DNA of 64,000 nucleotides, taken from contig JBDRCO010000043.1 in the NCBI GenBank assembly GCA_043821645.1, forward strand, positions 32,001 through 96,000, written 5' to 3'. The DNA is from Pseudomonadota bacterium. GTDB lineage: Bacteria; Myxococcota; JACRCW01; JAFGSX01. This document shows positions 18,216 through 27,928 of the stretch, one piece after another. The number at the start of each line of letters is the position of its first letter. The first letter of the stretch is position 1. The notes below the pieces were generated by a model. The model had not been told where the DNA came from. It did not search any database and saw only the letters and a list, made by a program, of their open reading frames with translations. Position numbers and translations under genes: made by a program.

Positions 18216-21212
18216 ATGGCCAAGGTCGACGTTCTCGAAGCCAAAATCCACGCCATAGGCGCCGAGCTGTTCGCGGCCACCAAGGGCACCCAGCCCTCGA
18301 TCTTCGACAAGGGTTTCTGGAACGGGAAGATCATCGACTACTGCATGGCCCACGAGGCCTTCAAGGTCGAGATGTTCCGCTTCGTCGACGTCATGCCCAT
18401 GCTACGCGACGCCGACAACCTGGCCCGCCACGTCAAGGAGTACTTCACCCGCCAGGGGCTGGAGCTTCCGGCGCCGGTCAAGACCGCCGTGCTCGGCGCC
18501 ACCGCCTTCGGCGGGCTGGGCGCGCGCATGGCCGCGGGCACCATCGAGAAAAACGTGCTCGACATGGCCCGACGCTTCGTCGTCGGTTCGTCGCCGACCG
18601 AGGCCCTGCCGGCGCTGAAGAAGCTGCGCGACGACAACATCACCTTCACCGTGGATCTGCTGGGCGAGGCCACGGTGAGCGAGGAGGAGAGCGAGGCCTA
18701 CCAGAAGCGCTACCTCGAGGTCATCGACGTGCTCACGGCCGAGAAGGACCGCTGGCGCGACAACGACATCCTCGACCGCGGCCCCGACGGCCCGCTGCCC
18801 AAGGTCAACGTGTCCATCAAGGTCAGCGCCCTGTACTCGCAGATGGACTCCCTGGCTCACGACGCCAGCCTCGCCGCCCTCAAGCAGCGGCTGCGCCCCA
18901 TCCTGCTGCGGGCGCGAGAGACCGGCGCCTTCGTCAACCTCGACCTCGAGCAGTACGCCCTCAAGGACCTGACCTTCGACCTGTTCATGCAGCTCGTCGA
19001 CGAGCCCGCCTTTGCCGATTACCCGCACTGGGGCGTGGTCATCCAGGCCTACCTTGTGGATTCCTTTGCCGACGCCGAGCGCCTGATCAAGTGGGCCAAG
19101 AAGCGCAAGGTCCCGACCACGGTGCGCCTGGTCAAGGGCGCCTACTGGGAGTCCGAGACCATCTGGGCCCGGCAGCGCGGCCACGCGGCCCCGGTGTTCA
19201 CCCGCAAGCAGGACACCGACGCCAACTACGAGCGGGTGACCCGCTTGCTGCTGGACGCCTACCCGACCATCCGCCTGGCCGTGGCCAGCCACAACATTCG
19301 CTCCATCGCCCACGCCATCGCCTACACCCGCGAGCGGGGCCTTCCCGACAGCGCTCTCGAGCTGCAATCGCTCATTGGCATGGCCGAGCCCATCCGTGCC
19401 GGCACGGTGAAGATGGGCCTGCGACAGCGCGTGTACGCGCCCGTGGGCGAGCTGCTGCCCGGCATGGCCTACTTCGTGCGCCGCCTGCTCGAGAACACCT
19501 CGAACGAGGGTTTCATGCGGCAGAGCTTCGTCGAGGGTGCCTCGATGGACGAACTGCTGCGAGCGCCCCAGGCGAGCGCGCCCGTCGTCGAGGGCACGAA
19601 CAAGAAGGCCGCCTCCGAGATCCCGCCCTTTCGCAACGAGACGCCCACGGGCTGGGCCAGCGCCGACAACCGCCAGCGCATGCTCAAGGCCCTTGAGAAG
19701 GCACAGAAGAACCTGGGCCGCGAGCTGCCCGTGGTCGTCGACGGCAAGGAGATCCGCACCGGCCAGCTGCACGACAGCCACAATCCCTCGCGCAGCGAGC
19801 AGGTGGTGGCCAGACAGCACCTGGCCCGCGGCGACGAGGCCGAGGCCGCGGTGAAGGCCGCGCGGGCCGGTTTTGCCGCCTGGCGCGATACCCCGGCCAC
19901 CGAGCGCGCCCAGGTGCTGCTGCGCGCGGCCCAGCTGATGCGCGAGCGACGCTTCGACCTCGACGCCCTGGTCGTGCTCGAAGCCGGCAAGACCTGGCGC
20001 GAGGCCGATGCCGACGTGGCCGAGGCCATCGACTACCTCGAGTACTACGCCCGCGAGGTGATCCGCCTGGGCACCGCGCGGCGCATGCAGCCCTACATGC
20101 CCGGCGAGGACAACCTGTACCTGTACGAGGCCCGGGGCGTGGCGGTGGTGCTCGGGCCCTTCAACTTCCCCCTGGCCCTGCTGTGCAACATGACCGCCGC
20201 CGCCCTGGGCGCGGGCAACACCGTCGTCATGAAGCCCTCGCGCGCCACACCGGCGGTGGGGTACGAGCTGTTCCGCATCCTGCGAGAAGCCAAGGCTCCC
20301 GCTGGCGCGCTTCACCACGTGCCCGGTACCGGCGCCGAGATCGGCCGCTTGCTGGTCGAGCATCGCGACGTGGATCTCATCGCCTTCACCGGTTCCACCG
20401 AGGCCGGGGTAGACATCCTGCAGCGCGCCGCCGTTCTGCAGCCCGGCCAGCAGCACATCAAGAGCGTGATCTGCGAGATGAGCGCCAAGAATGCGATCAT
20501 CGTCGACGACGACGCGGACCTCGACGAGGCCGTGCGCGCGGTGCTGGCCGCGGCCTTTGGCTACGCCGGCCAGAAGTGCTCGGCCTGCTCCCGTGCCGTG
20601 GTCCTGGACAAGGTGTACGAGGCCTTCGCCGGCCGCCTGATCGAGGCCACGCGCTCCTTGCAGGTGGGCGAGGCCACGGATCCCGCCACCATCATCCCCC
20701 CCGTCATCGACGCCGACGCCCGGCAGCGCGTGCTGGACCTTGTGCGCGTCGGACGCGACGAGGCCACGGTGTTGCTCGAGGTCGAGCCCCCGCCGGGAGG
20801 CTGCTTCGTGGGACCCGTGATCTTCGGTGAGGTGCCCAGGCAGGCGCGCATCGCCCAGGAGGAGATCTTTGGCCCCGTGCTCTGCATGCAGCGCGCCCGC
20901 GACTTCGACGAGGCCCTGGCCATCGCCATGGACAGCCGCTACGCACTGACCGGCGGACTGTTCTCGCGCAGCCCGGCGCACATCGAGCAGGCCAGGCGCG
21001 AGTTTCGCGTCGGCAACCTGTACATCAACCGCAGCATCACCGGCAGCACCGTCGAGCGGCACCCCTATGGTGGCCTGCGCCTGTCTGGCATGGGCAGCAA
21101 GTCTGGCGGTCCGGACTACCTCAGGCAGTTCATGCACGCGCGTTCGATCGCCGAGAACTCCATGCGCCGAGGCTTCGCACCGGAAGCGGAGGCCGAGGCC
21201 GGCGACAGCTGA
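18216..21212 (+). CDS. putA: Bifunctional proline dehydrogenase / P5C dehydrogenase
   Basis: FRFVDV, DLLGE, RLVKGAYW, ASHN, YFVRRLLENTSN; ALDH FTGST, AGQKCSA, EEIFGP, GNLYINR; AAGGAG RBS. Confidence 0.95.
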   Translation: MAKVDVLEAKIHAIGAELFAATKGTQPSIFDKGFWNGKIIDYCMAHEAFKVEMFRFVDVMPMLRDADNLARHVKEYFTRQGLELPAPVKTAVLGATAFGGLGARMAAGTIEKNVLDMARRFVVGSSPTEALPALKKLRDDNITFTVDLLGEATVSEEESEAYQKRYLEVIDVLTAEKDRWRDNDILDRGPDGPLPKVNVSIKVSALYSQMDSLAHDASLAALKQRLRPILLRARETGAFVNLDLEQYALKDLTFDLFMQLVDEPAFADYPHWGVVIQAYLVDSFADAERLIKWAKKRKVPTTVRLVKGAYWESETIWARQRGHAAPVFTRKQDTDANYERVTRLLLDAYPTIRLAVASHNIRSIAHAIAYTRERGLPDSALELQSLIGMAEPIRAGTVKMGLRQRVYAPVGELLPGMAYFVRRLLENTSNEGFMRQSFVEGASMDELLRAPQASAPVVEGTNKKAASEIPPFRNETPTGWASADNRQRMLKALEKAQKNLGRELPVVVDGKEIRTGQLHDSHNPSRSEQVVARQHLARGDEAEAAVKAARAGFAAWRDTPATERAQVLLRAAQLMRERRFDLDALVVLEAGKTWREADADVAEAIDYLEYYAREVIRLGTARRMQPYMPGEDNLYLYEARGVAVVLGPFNFPLALLCNMTAAALGAGNTVVMKPSRATPAVGYELFRILREAKAPAGALHHVPGTGAEIGRLLVEHRDVDLIAFTGSTEAGVDILQRAAVLQPGQQHIKSVICEMSAKNAIIVDDDADLDEAVRAVLAAAFGYAGQKCSACSRAVVLDKVYEAFAGRLIEATRSLQVGEATDPATIIPPVIDADARQRVLDLVRVGRDEATVLLEVEPPPGGCFVGPVIFGEVPRQARIAQEEIFGPVLCMQRARDFDEALAIAMDSRYALTGGLFSRSPAHIEQARREFRVGNLYINRSITGSTVERHPYGGLRLSGMGSKSGGPDYLRQFMHARSIAENSMRRGFAPEAEAEAGDS

Positions 21213-21253
21213 ACGCAGCCGGGCGTCAGGTCACGACGCGCGGCCCCACGCCT

Positions 21254-22345
21254 TCACCACACCACACTACCTCGAAGCCACACCAGGTGCAGGTCGGTGT
21301 CGTACCAGGCGCTGTTGGACCACTGCCGCGTGTAGGCATATTCCACCCGGCCATCCAGCGCCGGGATCCACGGGCTGGCCTCGTCGTCGGGAGCCCAGCC
21401 CAGGCCCAGACTCGCGCGCGGGGTGAGTCTCAGGTCGTGGCGGTCCTGGCCCGTGCTGGCCCCGGCGGCATCGAGGGCCACCCAGCCATCGTAGGCACGC
21501 TCCTCGACGTCGACGGCGAGCTCGAGGACCCCGTCGAGGGGCAGCAGCAGCTTGAACACGGCGCCGCCGCGGTGACCAGAGTAAAAGAACTCGTCCCCGA
21601 GGAAGGAGAACTGCGACTCGCTCAGCTTGCGTGTGAGCAGACCACTGGGGCCAATGGCCCAGCGATAGCTGTAGTCGAGCTGCAGGCCCGCGCTGTCCCA
21701 CAGGCCCTGCCCCAGGTGAACACCGGCCTCCAGCTGCTGATCCAGGGGATCCCTGGCCGCCGCCGGACGCGGGTACCAGCGCAAGCCGTAGCGCAGGCGC
21801 GGAGACAGGGTGCTGCGCGTGGGCAAGGTCCAGGCCAGTCCCGTGCCGAGCCAGGTATCCACCGAATCCGAGGGGGTGTCGTCATAGAACCAGCGGTAGG
21901 CAGCCTCGACGCTGCCGTGCACCCGGAGTCCCAACAGCGGTTCGATCGCGAGCCGCGCCCTGGCAGCCGGGCGAACGACATTGAGCACGGCGAAGCTGTC
22001 GTCGTTGCGCAGGGTGTCGACGGTGGCCTCGAGCACCAGCTCGTTTTCACCGTCGTCGCCCCAGGCCGGGTTGGCGAAGAGGTAGAGCTGGTGCTGGTGC
22101 GACAGCAGCTCGGGATGCAACATGTACGCGTGCAGGTCCCCGGCATAACCCGCGGACCAGATGTCCGCGAAGTCCATCCCCAGGTCGACGCTCGGCCATA
22201 GCAGCAGGTCGCCTTCCCGGGATCCGTCCTGGTACACATTGCTGGTGTAGACACTTCCCAGGGCCAGCTCTGCGCGAGGCCCCTCGGCGCGGAGCCCGGG
22301 GCCAAGCCAGAGCAGCGCGAGGGCAAGGACAGGCCCAGGGCGCAG
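21254..22345 (-). CDS. Putative outer-membrane beta-barrel protein
   Basis: Signal-like LALALLWLGPGLRA, YTSNVY, amphipathic aromatic strands, C-terminal W; start uncertain (CTG about 22345). Confidence 0.65.
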   Translation of the reverse strand: MRPGPVLALALLWLGPGLRAEGPRAELALGSVYTSNVYQDGSREGDLLLWPSVDLGMDFADIWSAGYAGDLHAYMLHPELLSHQHQLYLFANPAWGDDGENELVLEATVDTLRNDDSFAVLNVVRPAARARLAIEPLLGLRVHGSVEAAYRWFYDDTPSDSVDTWLGTGLAWTLPTRSTLSPRLRYGLRWYPRPAAARDPLDQQLEAGVHLGQGLWDSAGLQLDYSYRWAIGPSGLLTRKLSESQFSFLGDEFFYSGHRGGAVFKLLLPLDGVLELAVDVEERAYDGWVALDAAGASTGQDRHDLRLTPRASLGLGWAPDDEASPWIPALDGRVEYAYTRQWSNSAWYDTDLHLVWLRGSVVW

Positions 22346-22352
22346 CGTGCGT

Positions 22353-22667
22353 TCAGTTCGAACCTTTGCCCTGCGAATCGTTCTTGCCCTTGTCGCCGCC
22401 ACCCGGACCCTCGTGCTTGCGGATGCGCCGTTGATCGTCGCCGCGCTTGCGGTCCCGGTGACGTCGCCGGAAGCGATGTTCCTTGCCGTCCTGGATGCCA
22501 TCGCCATCGCGATCGACGAAGGGTTCTTTTTTGTCCGCATCGCCGTCCTGGTCCTTGCGCTGCTGGGGAGGGGCGGGCTGGCTGCTCGGTGGCGAGGGCT
22601 CGGCGCGCAGGGGGCCGGTCTCGATCAGGAGTCCCACACCGATCACGAGGAGCAGCTTGCGCAGCAC
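22353..22667 (-). CDS. Small secreted protein with FVDRDGDGIQD motif and basic tail
   Basis: GAGGAG RBS, GTG start, signal peptide, DxDxDG loop. Confidence 0.7.
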   Translation of the reverse strand: MLRKLLLVIGVGLLIETGPLRAEPSPPSSQPAPPQQRKDQDGDADKKEPFVDRDGDGIQDGKEHRFRRRHRDRKRGDDQRRIRKHEGPGGGDKGKNDSQGKGSN

Positions 22668-22707
22668 GACATCTCCTCATCAGCCCAGGCCACAGGGGTG
22701 CCGCCGG

Positions 22708-23424
22708 CTAGCGACCGCGACCGCGGGTCGAACCCGGGCTGGTGGTTCCCTGGTAATTATCGCACACGCCATCGCCATCGCCATCGACGAAGCCCAGGCC
22801 GTGTCCTGCCCCGCCGCCAGGGCCGCGGGATGTTCCCTGCATCCTGCCCGCACGCAATGCCTGGCGATGCTGGCCGCGCTTCATGGCGCCGTTTCGCTCG
22901 CCCTTGCCGCCCTGTGACTCCAGCGTGCCTCGCGCGTGGTCGTTGACACCATCCTCGTTGCGATCGCTGTAGGCCTTGCTGCGACCCTGCGCCTGCGAGC
23001 CCTTGCCGTTGTGCGAACCGTCGCGGAGCTGGGTTTGCGTCCGGGTCTGAGTACGCTGTTGCACCTGGGCACCCTGCGCGGTCTGCTCGCCGTCGCGAAG
23101 CTGGCTGCGGGTCTGGGTCTGGGTGCGGGTCTGGGTCTGGGTGCGGGTCTGGGTCTGGGTGCGCTGTTGCACCTGGGCACCCTGCGCGGTGTGCTCGCCG
23201 TCGCGAAGCTGGCTGCGGGTCTGGGTCTGGCTGCGCTGTTGCACCTGTGTCCCCTGAGGCTCCTGGTTCTGCGCCTGGCTCTCGTCCTGAGCCTGCTCAC
23301 TGCTCGTGGCCGACGCCTGCTGCTCGTGCCCCGCGGGTGCCGAGCTGGGCTCACTTGCGGCGCGCAGGGCGGGAGCCAGGGCCAGTGCTGCACAGGATGT
23401 CCAGATCATGAGTTGCGACGACAT
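22708..23424 (-). CDS. Secreted Q/T/R-repeat low-complexity protein with FVDGDGDGVCD motif
   Basis: GAAGGAG RBS; signal peptide; (QTQTRT)n and QLRDG repeats; DRNEDGVND and DGDGDGVCD. Confidence 0.75.
   Translation of the reverse strand: MSSQLMIWTSCAALALAPALRAASEPSSAPAGHEQQASATSSEQAQDESQAQNQEPQGTQVQQRSQTQTRSQLRDGEHTAQGAQVQQRTQTQTRTQTQTRTQTQTRSQLRDGEQTAQGAQVQQRTQTRTQTQLRDGSHNGKGSQAQGRSKAYSDRNEDGVNDHARGTLESQGGKGERNGAMKRGQHRQALRAGRMQGTSRGPGGGAGHGLGFVDGDGDGVCDNYQGTTSPGSTRGRGR
23040..23250 (-). repeat. Coding direct repeats (QG.QVQQRTQTQTRSQLRDG) and gggtct hexamer array
   Basis: Repeated gcgctgttgcacctgggcaccctgcgcgg blocks and gggtctgggtct runs. Confidence 0.8.
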
Positions 23425-23484
23425 GGTCTCTCCTTCTGTCGCGGGTCTTGTTTCCCGCTTCCCCCGTGGTCTGGGCACTGAGAG

Positions 23485-23500
23485 AGCACGAATCAGGCCA
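23485..23500 (-). promoter_or_regulatory. sigma54 -24/-12 promoter
   Basis: TGGCCTGATTCGTGCT (GG-N10-GC) 60 bp upstream of 23424 start; AT-rich tract 23517-23547 upstream. Confidence 0.7.
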
Positions 23501-23572
23501 TGCGGAGAAAACATGCAAAATACCGTAATTATTAATGTTATTAATACTCGCCGACACGCCGGGGTGGCCATC

Positions 23573-23611
23573 TCGACGTCTTGGTCGAACCATCCTCGAC
23601 CTGAGCGTCGA
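23573..23611. promoter_or_regulatory. Tandem enhancer palindromes (candidate bEBP binding sites)
   Basis: TCGAC-N6-GTCGA at 23573-23588 and 23596-23611. Confidence 0.65.
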
Positions 23612-23619
23612 CGACACAC

Positions 23620-24995
<1,376 letters not shown>

Positions 24996-24999
<4 letters not shown>

Positions 25000-26621
25000 G
25001 GCAACCTCGTTGTGGCTGGAATTCGCACCTCGACCGTGGTGCCATCCCCCGCGCTGGATCGGAGCTGGAGGTCCCCTCCGTGGGCCTCGACCAGACGGCG
25101 CACGATGGGCAGGCCCAGCCCCGTGCCCCTGGCCTTGGTGGTCACGAAGGGCTGCTGCACCCGGGCCAGAGTCTCGCCGTCCATGCCGGGACCATTGTCC
25201 TCGATGTGCAGGCTCAGCGTACCGTCGGCGAGGACCGCGCGCAGCTTCACTTCACCGTGCGCGGGTACCGCGTCGAGAGCGTTGCCCACCAGGTTGGTCA
25301 GGATCTGGCCCAGGCGCTGGGTGTCAAGCACGACGCTGCCATCCGCTCCAAGGTCGACGGCCAGGCGCTTGTCCTCGACCTGGGCGCGCAATAGCAGCGG
25401 AGCCAGCACCTCGTCGAGCAGGGCCCGCAGGGGCACCTGTCGGCGCTCCAGTGTCAGCGGCTTGCCCAGCTCCAGGAACTCGCTCACCACCCTGTTGACG
25501 CGCTCGGACTCTCCCTGCAGCACGCCGAGCAGCTGCTCGAACTCGGCGCGCTCGGCCGCCGGTACCTCGAACTCCCGGCGCAGGCGCTGCCCGACCATGC
25601 CCAGAGTGTTGAGGGGATTGCGCAGCTCGTGGGCCACCGTCGCCGCCATCTCCCCGAGAACCTGCCAGTGCCGGGCCTGGTCCTCCCGCGCCTGCAGGGC
25701 GAGCTCCTGTCGTCGACGAGCCCGTTCGCGGCGCTCGAGCAGCGCCGTCACCCCCAGGGCGAGAAATACCAGCCCAACCAGCACCGCAAGCAAGACCCTT
25801 TGCTGCCGCGCCAGGTGCGCCCGCGCCTGCACCAGGGGTGTGGCGTCGATGCCGATGCGCAGCAGTGCCCGACTGTCGTCGGGGAGTGTGAAGGGCATCA
25901 GCCCCTCGAGGACCGGGGACTCGCCGGGTTGATGGCGAAGCTGTAGTTGCCTGCCGTGCAGCGCTGCGTCGAGCGCCGCGTCCTCGCTCCAACCCAACAG
26001 TGCGGGTGGCTGCCGCGATGAAGCCAGGATGCCCTCCTGGTCCTGCAGCACGACGTAGCGCACGCCGTCGCCTACCACGCTGTTGAGCAGCCTCGCCATC
26101 CCCGTTTCGCGGCGCAGGTCCTGCAGCTCCTGCAAGCTGCGGCACCCCAGGACCCTGCGATCGTCGTCCAGGGCGCGGGAGCAATACAGACTCGCAGCCG
26201 CCACCGCGCCGTCGTCGACCAGGACGCCCGGCGGTGCCTTCAGTACCTGTGCGCGCACGGCGGCAAAGCGAACGGCGTCGAGCACACCAGGATCCCCCCC
26301 GGCGTCGGCGGCGGACCACCACGCCACCAGGTCTTCTTCCTTTGCAACCGTGGCGCGCGTCGCGTGGTCACTGGCTCCCGCCAGGCGCCCGACCGCGTGC
26401 ACCAGCTGCTGCTCGCCCAGGTCCATCACCAGGTCCAAAGCCGTGGTGGCCTGGCGCGTTCCCTCAACCACCAGCCTCGCCACCGAGTTCGCGTGCTGGG
26501 CAAAGCCCAGCTCGAGCTGGTCCAGGCTGCGATCCATCTGGCGCAGCGCCACTCCACCCGCCACCGCGGCCACGGATACCGCGAGCAGGGGGAGCAGCCA
26601 GGCATACCGCGAGCTGGACAT
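24996..26621 (-). CDS. Membrane sensor histidine kinase
   Basis: Two TM, AHELRNPL, QILTNLVGNA, DNGPG, PFVTTK..GTGLGL. Confidence 0.95.
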
Positions 26622-26701
26622 GTCAGCGCCTCACAACGAACCAGATGGCGATCACCGGAAAGGAGCGATGACCAGGCGTGGTTCGCGCTTGCTGTAACAA
26701 A

Positions 26702-26717
26702 AGCAGGGACAGTGCCA
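26702..26717 (-). promoter_or_regulatory. sigma54 -24/-12 promoter for kinase/regulator operon
   Basis: TGGCACTGTCCCTGCT, close to consensus TGGCAC-N5-TTGCW. Confidence 0.75.
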
Positions 26718-26811
26718 GCTTCGCAAGCTGCCCTGCGCGGTCCGTCGACGAGCCGGAGCCCCGCTCGACAGCGTGTCTGCGAGCCCTGGAGTCGATACCT
26801 GTTTTGGTCCT

Positions 26812-26847
26812 TCGACGGTGTCGTCGCGCCTTCGACGTTTTTGTCGG
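26812..26847. promoter_or_regulatory. Tandem enhancer palindromes between divergent sigma54 promoters
   Basis: TCGAC-N6-GTCG at 26812-26826 and 26832-26846. Confidence 0.65.
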
Positions 26848-26930
26848 GTCGCGTCCACGCCATGGTGAGCTACCTCACGGCGCGCCCCAACTGTCATGGC
26901 CGCGGACGCCGTGAGGACCCGCGCCGGAGC

Positions 26931-26946
26931 TGGCCCGCCCTATGCT
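26931..26946 (+). promoter_or_regulatory. sigma54 -24/-12 promoter for barrel/Ig-lipoprotein operon
   Basis: TGGCCCGCCCTATGCT (GG-N10-GC), 63 bp before ATG 27010 with AAGGAGGT RBS. Confidence 0.65.
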
Positions 26947-27009
26947 TCAGAGCGGCCGCAGCTCTGCGCGGTCACAGTCAGCGCAGTCGCCATGATGAAG
27001 GAGGTGTTC

Positions 27010-27885
27010 ATGCGGACATCGTCGGGAATTTTTTTGTCTCGGGCCGCCTGGCTGTGCACCACCGCGGTGCTCCTGGCGCCTCTCGCTGCGCGGGGCGAAG
27101 AGACGGACGCGCCGCTGCAGCTCGACGCCACAGCCGTCGATGCACCGGTCACCGCGAACAGTTCCGGGACGGTTGCCACGCCCCTTACCGCCGAGACCGA
27201 GGCCACTGTCAACCCGCGCTGGCATCAAGATCTTGGCATCGATCTGGCCTTGCGTCTGGACGCCTTCGTGACCCAGGGACAAACCTTCGCGGTGGACCTG
27301 GCCGACGGACACAGCGAGGGCTGGCACGGCGTCAATGGCGCCCTGGATATCGAGCTGGCCTACGCGCCTCCCCTGCCCTCTCCCTGGCGCATTGTTTCCG
27401 TCGCCCTGGGCGTGGGGTACACGCCCTTCATCGGCACCGGCCTGGCCTCGTGGCGCGCCTACACCCCCACCGGCGAGGGTGTGAGTCACCTCACCACGAC
27501 CTACCGCTACGACTGGGCCGTGCACCTGATCCCCATCTCCTTCGGGCTCCGCGTACAGCTCCCCCTCGAGACCTTCACGGGGCCGCTGCCGGTTCGCGTC
27601 GACACCGAAGCGGGCTTTGCCGGCGGCCTGGCCTTTGCCTCGTCGAGCCTGACCGTGGATGGCGCCGACGTCCCCTTTGCCCGCGATGTGGGGAGTTCGG
27701 ATTTCGGACTGGGCTACTACCTGGGCGCCGGCATCAGCGTTCCCGTACCACCCGCCCTGGGCAGCGTGGTCGTGAGCTACCGCTACAGCGCCGTGCGCCT
27801 GGACTTTCACCGCCCCGACTTCAACGCCACCTGGGGCGATCTCGGTGGCCACCACGGGATGGTGGGCTACCGGCTGGAGCTGTGA
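27010..27885 (+). CDS. Putative outer-membrane beta-barrel protein
   Basis: Signal peptide; alternating strands (LIPISFGLRVQ, FGLGYYLGAGISV, GMVGYRLEL). Confidence 0.7.
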   Translation: MRTSSGIFLSRAAWLCTTAVLLAPLAARGEETDAPLQLDATAVDAPVTANSSGTVATPLTAETEATVNPRWHQDLGIDLALRLDAFVTQGQTFAVDLADGHSEGWHGVNGALDIELAYAPPLPSPWRIVSVALGVGYTPFIGTGLASWRAYTPTGEGVSHLTTTYRYDWAVHLIPISFGLRVQLPLETFTGPLPVRVDTEAGFAGGLAFASSSLTVDGADVPFARDVGSSDFGLGYYLGAGISVPVPPALGSVVVSYRYSAVRLDFHRPDFNATWGDLGGHHGMVGYRLEL

Positions 27886-27928
27886 CCGTGCACAGGCAAC
27901 TCGAGCAGTTCACGAGGAGGATTGCAGC

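Noticed and set aside
12394-21137. Very long antisense ORFs (12394-15291, 15447-18203, 18402-21137; also 27821-30055, 52499-54808)
   Set aside because: Shadow frames of real high-GC genes on the opposite strand; no motifs of their own
23040-23250. Repeat arrays as possible CRISPR (also 4561-4632, 50821-51010)
   Set aside because: In-frame coding repeats without unique spacers; no cas genes
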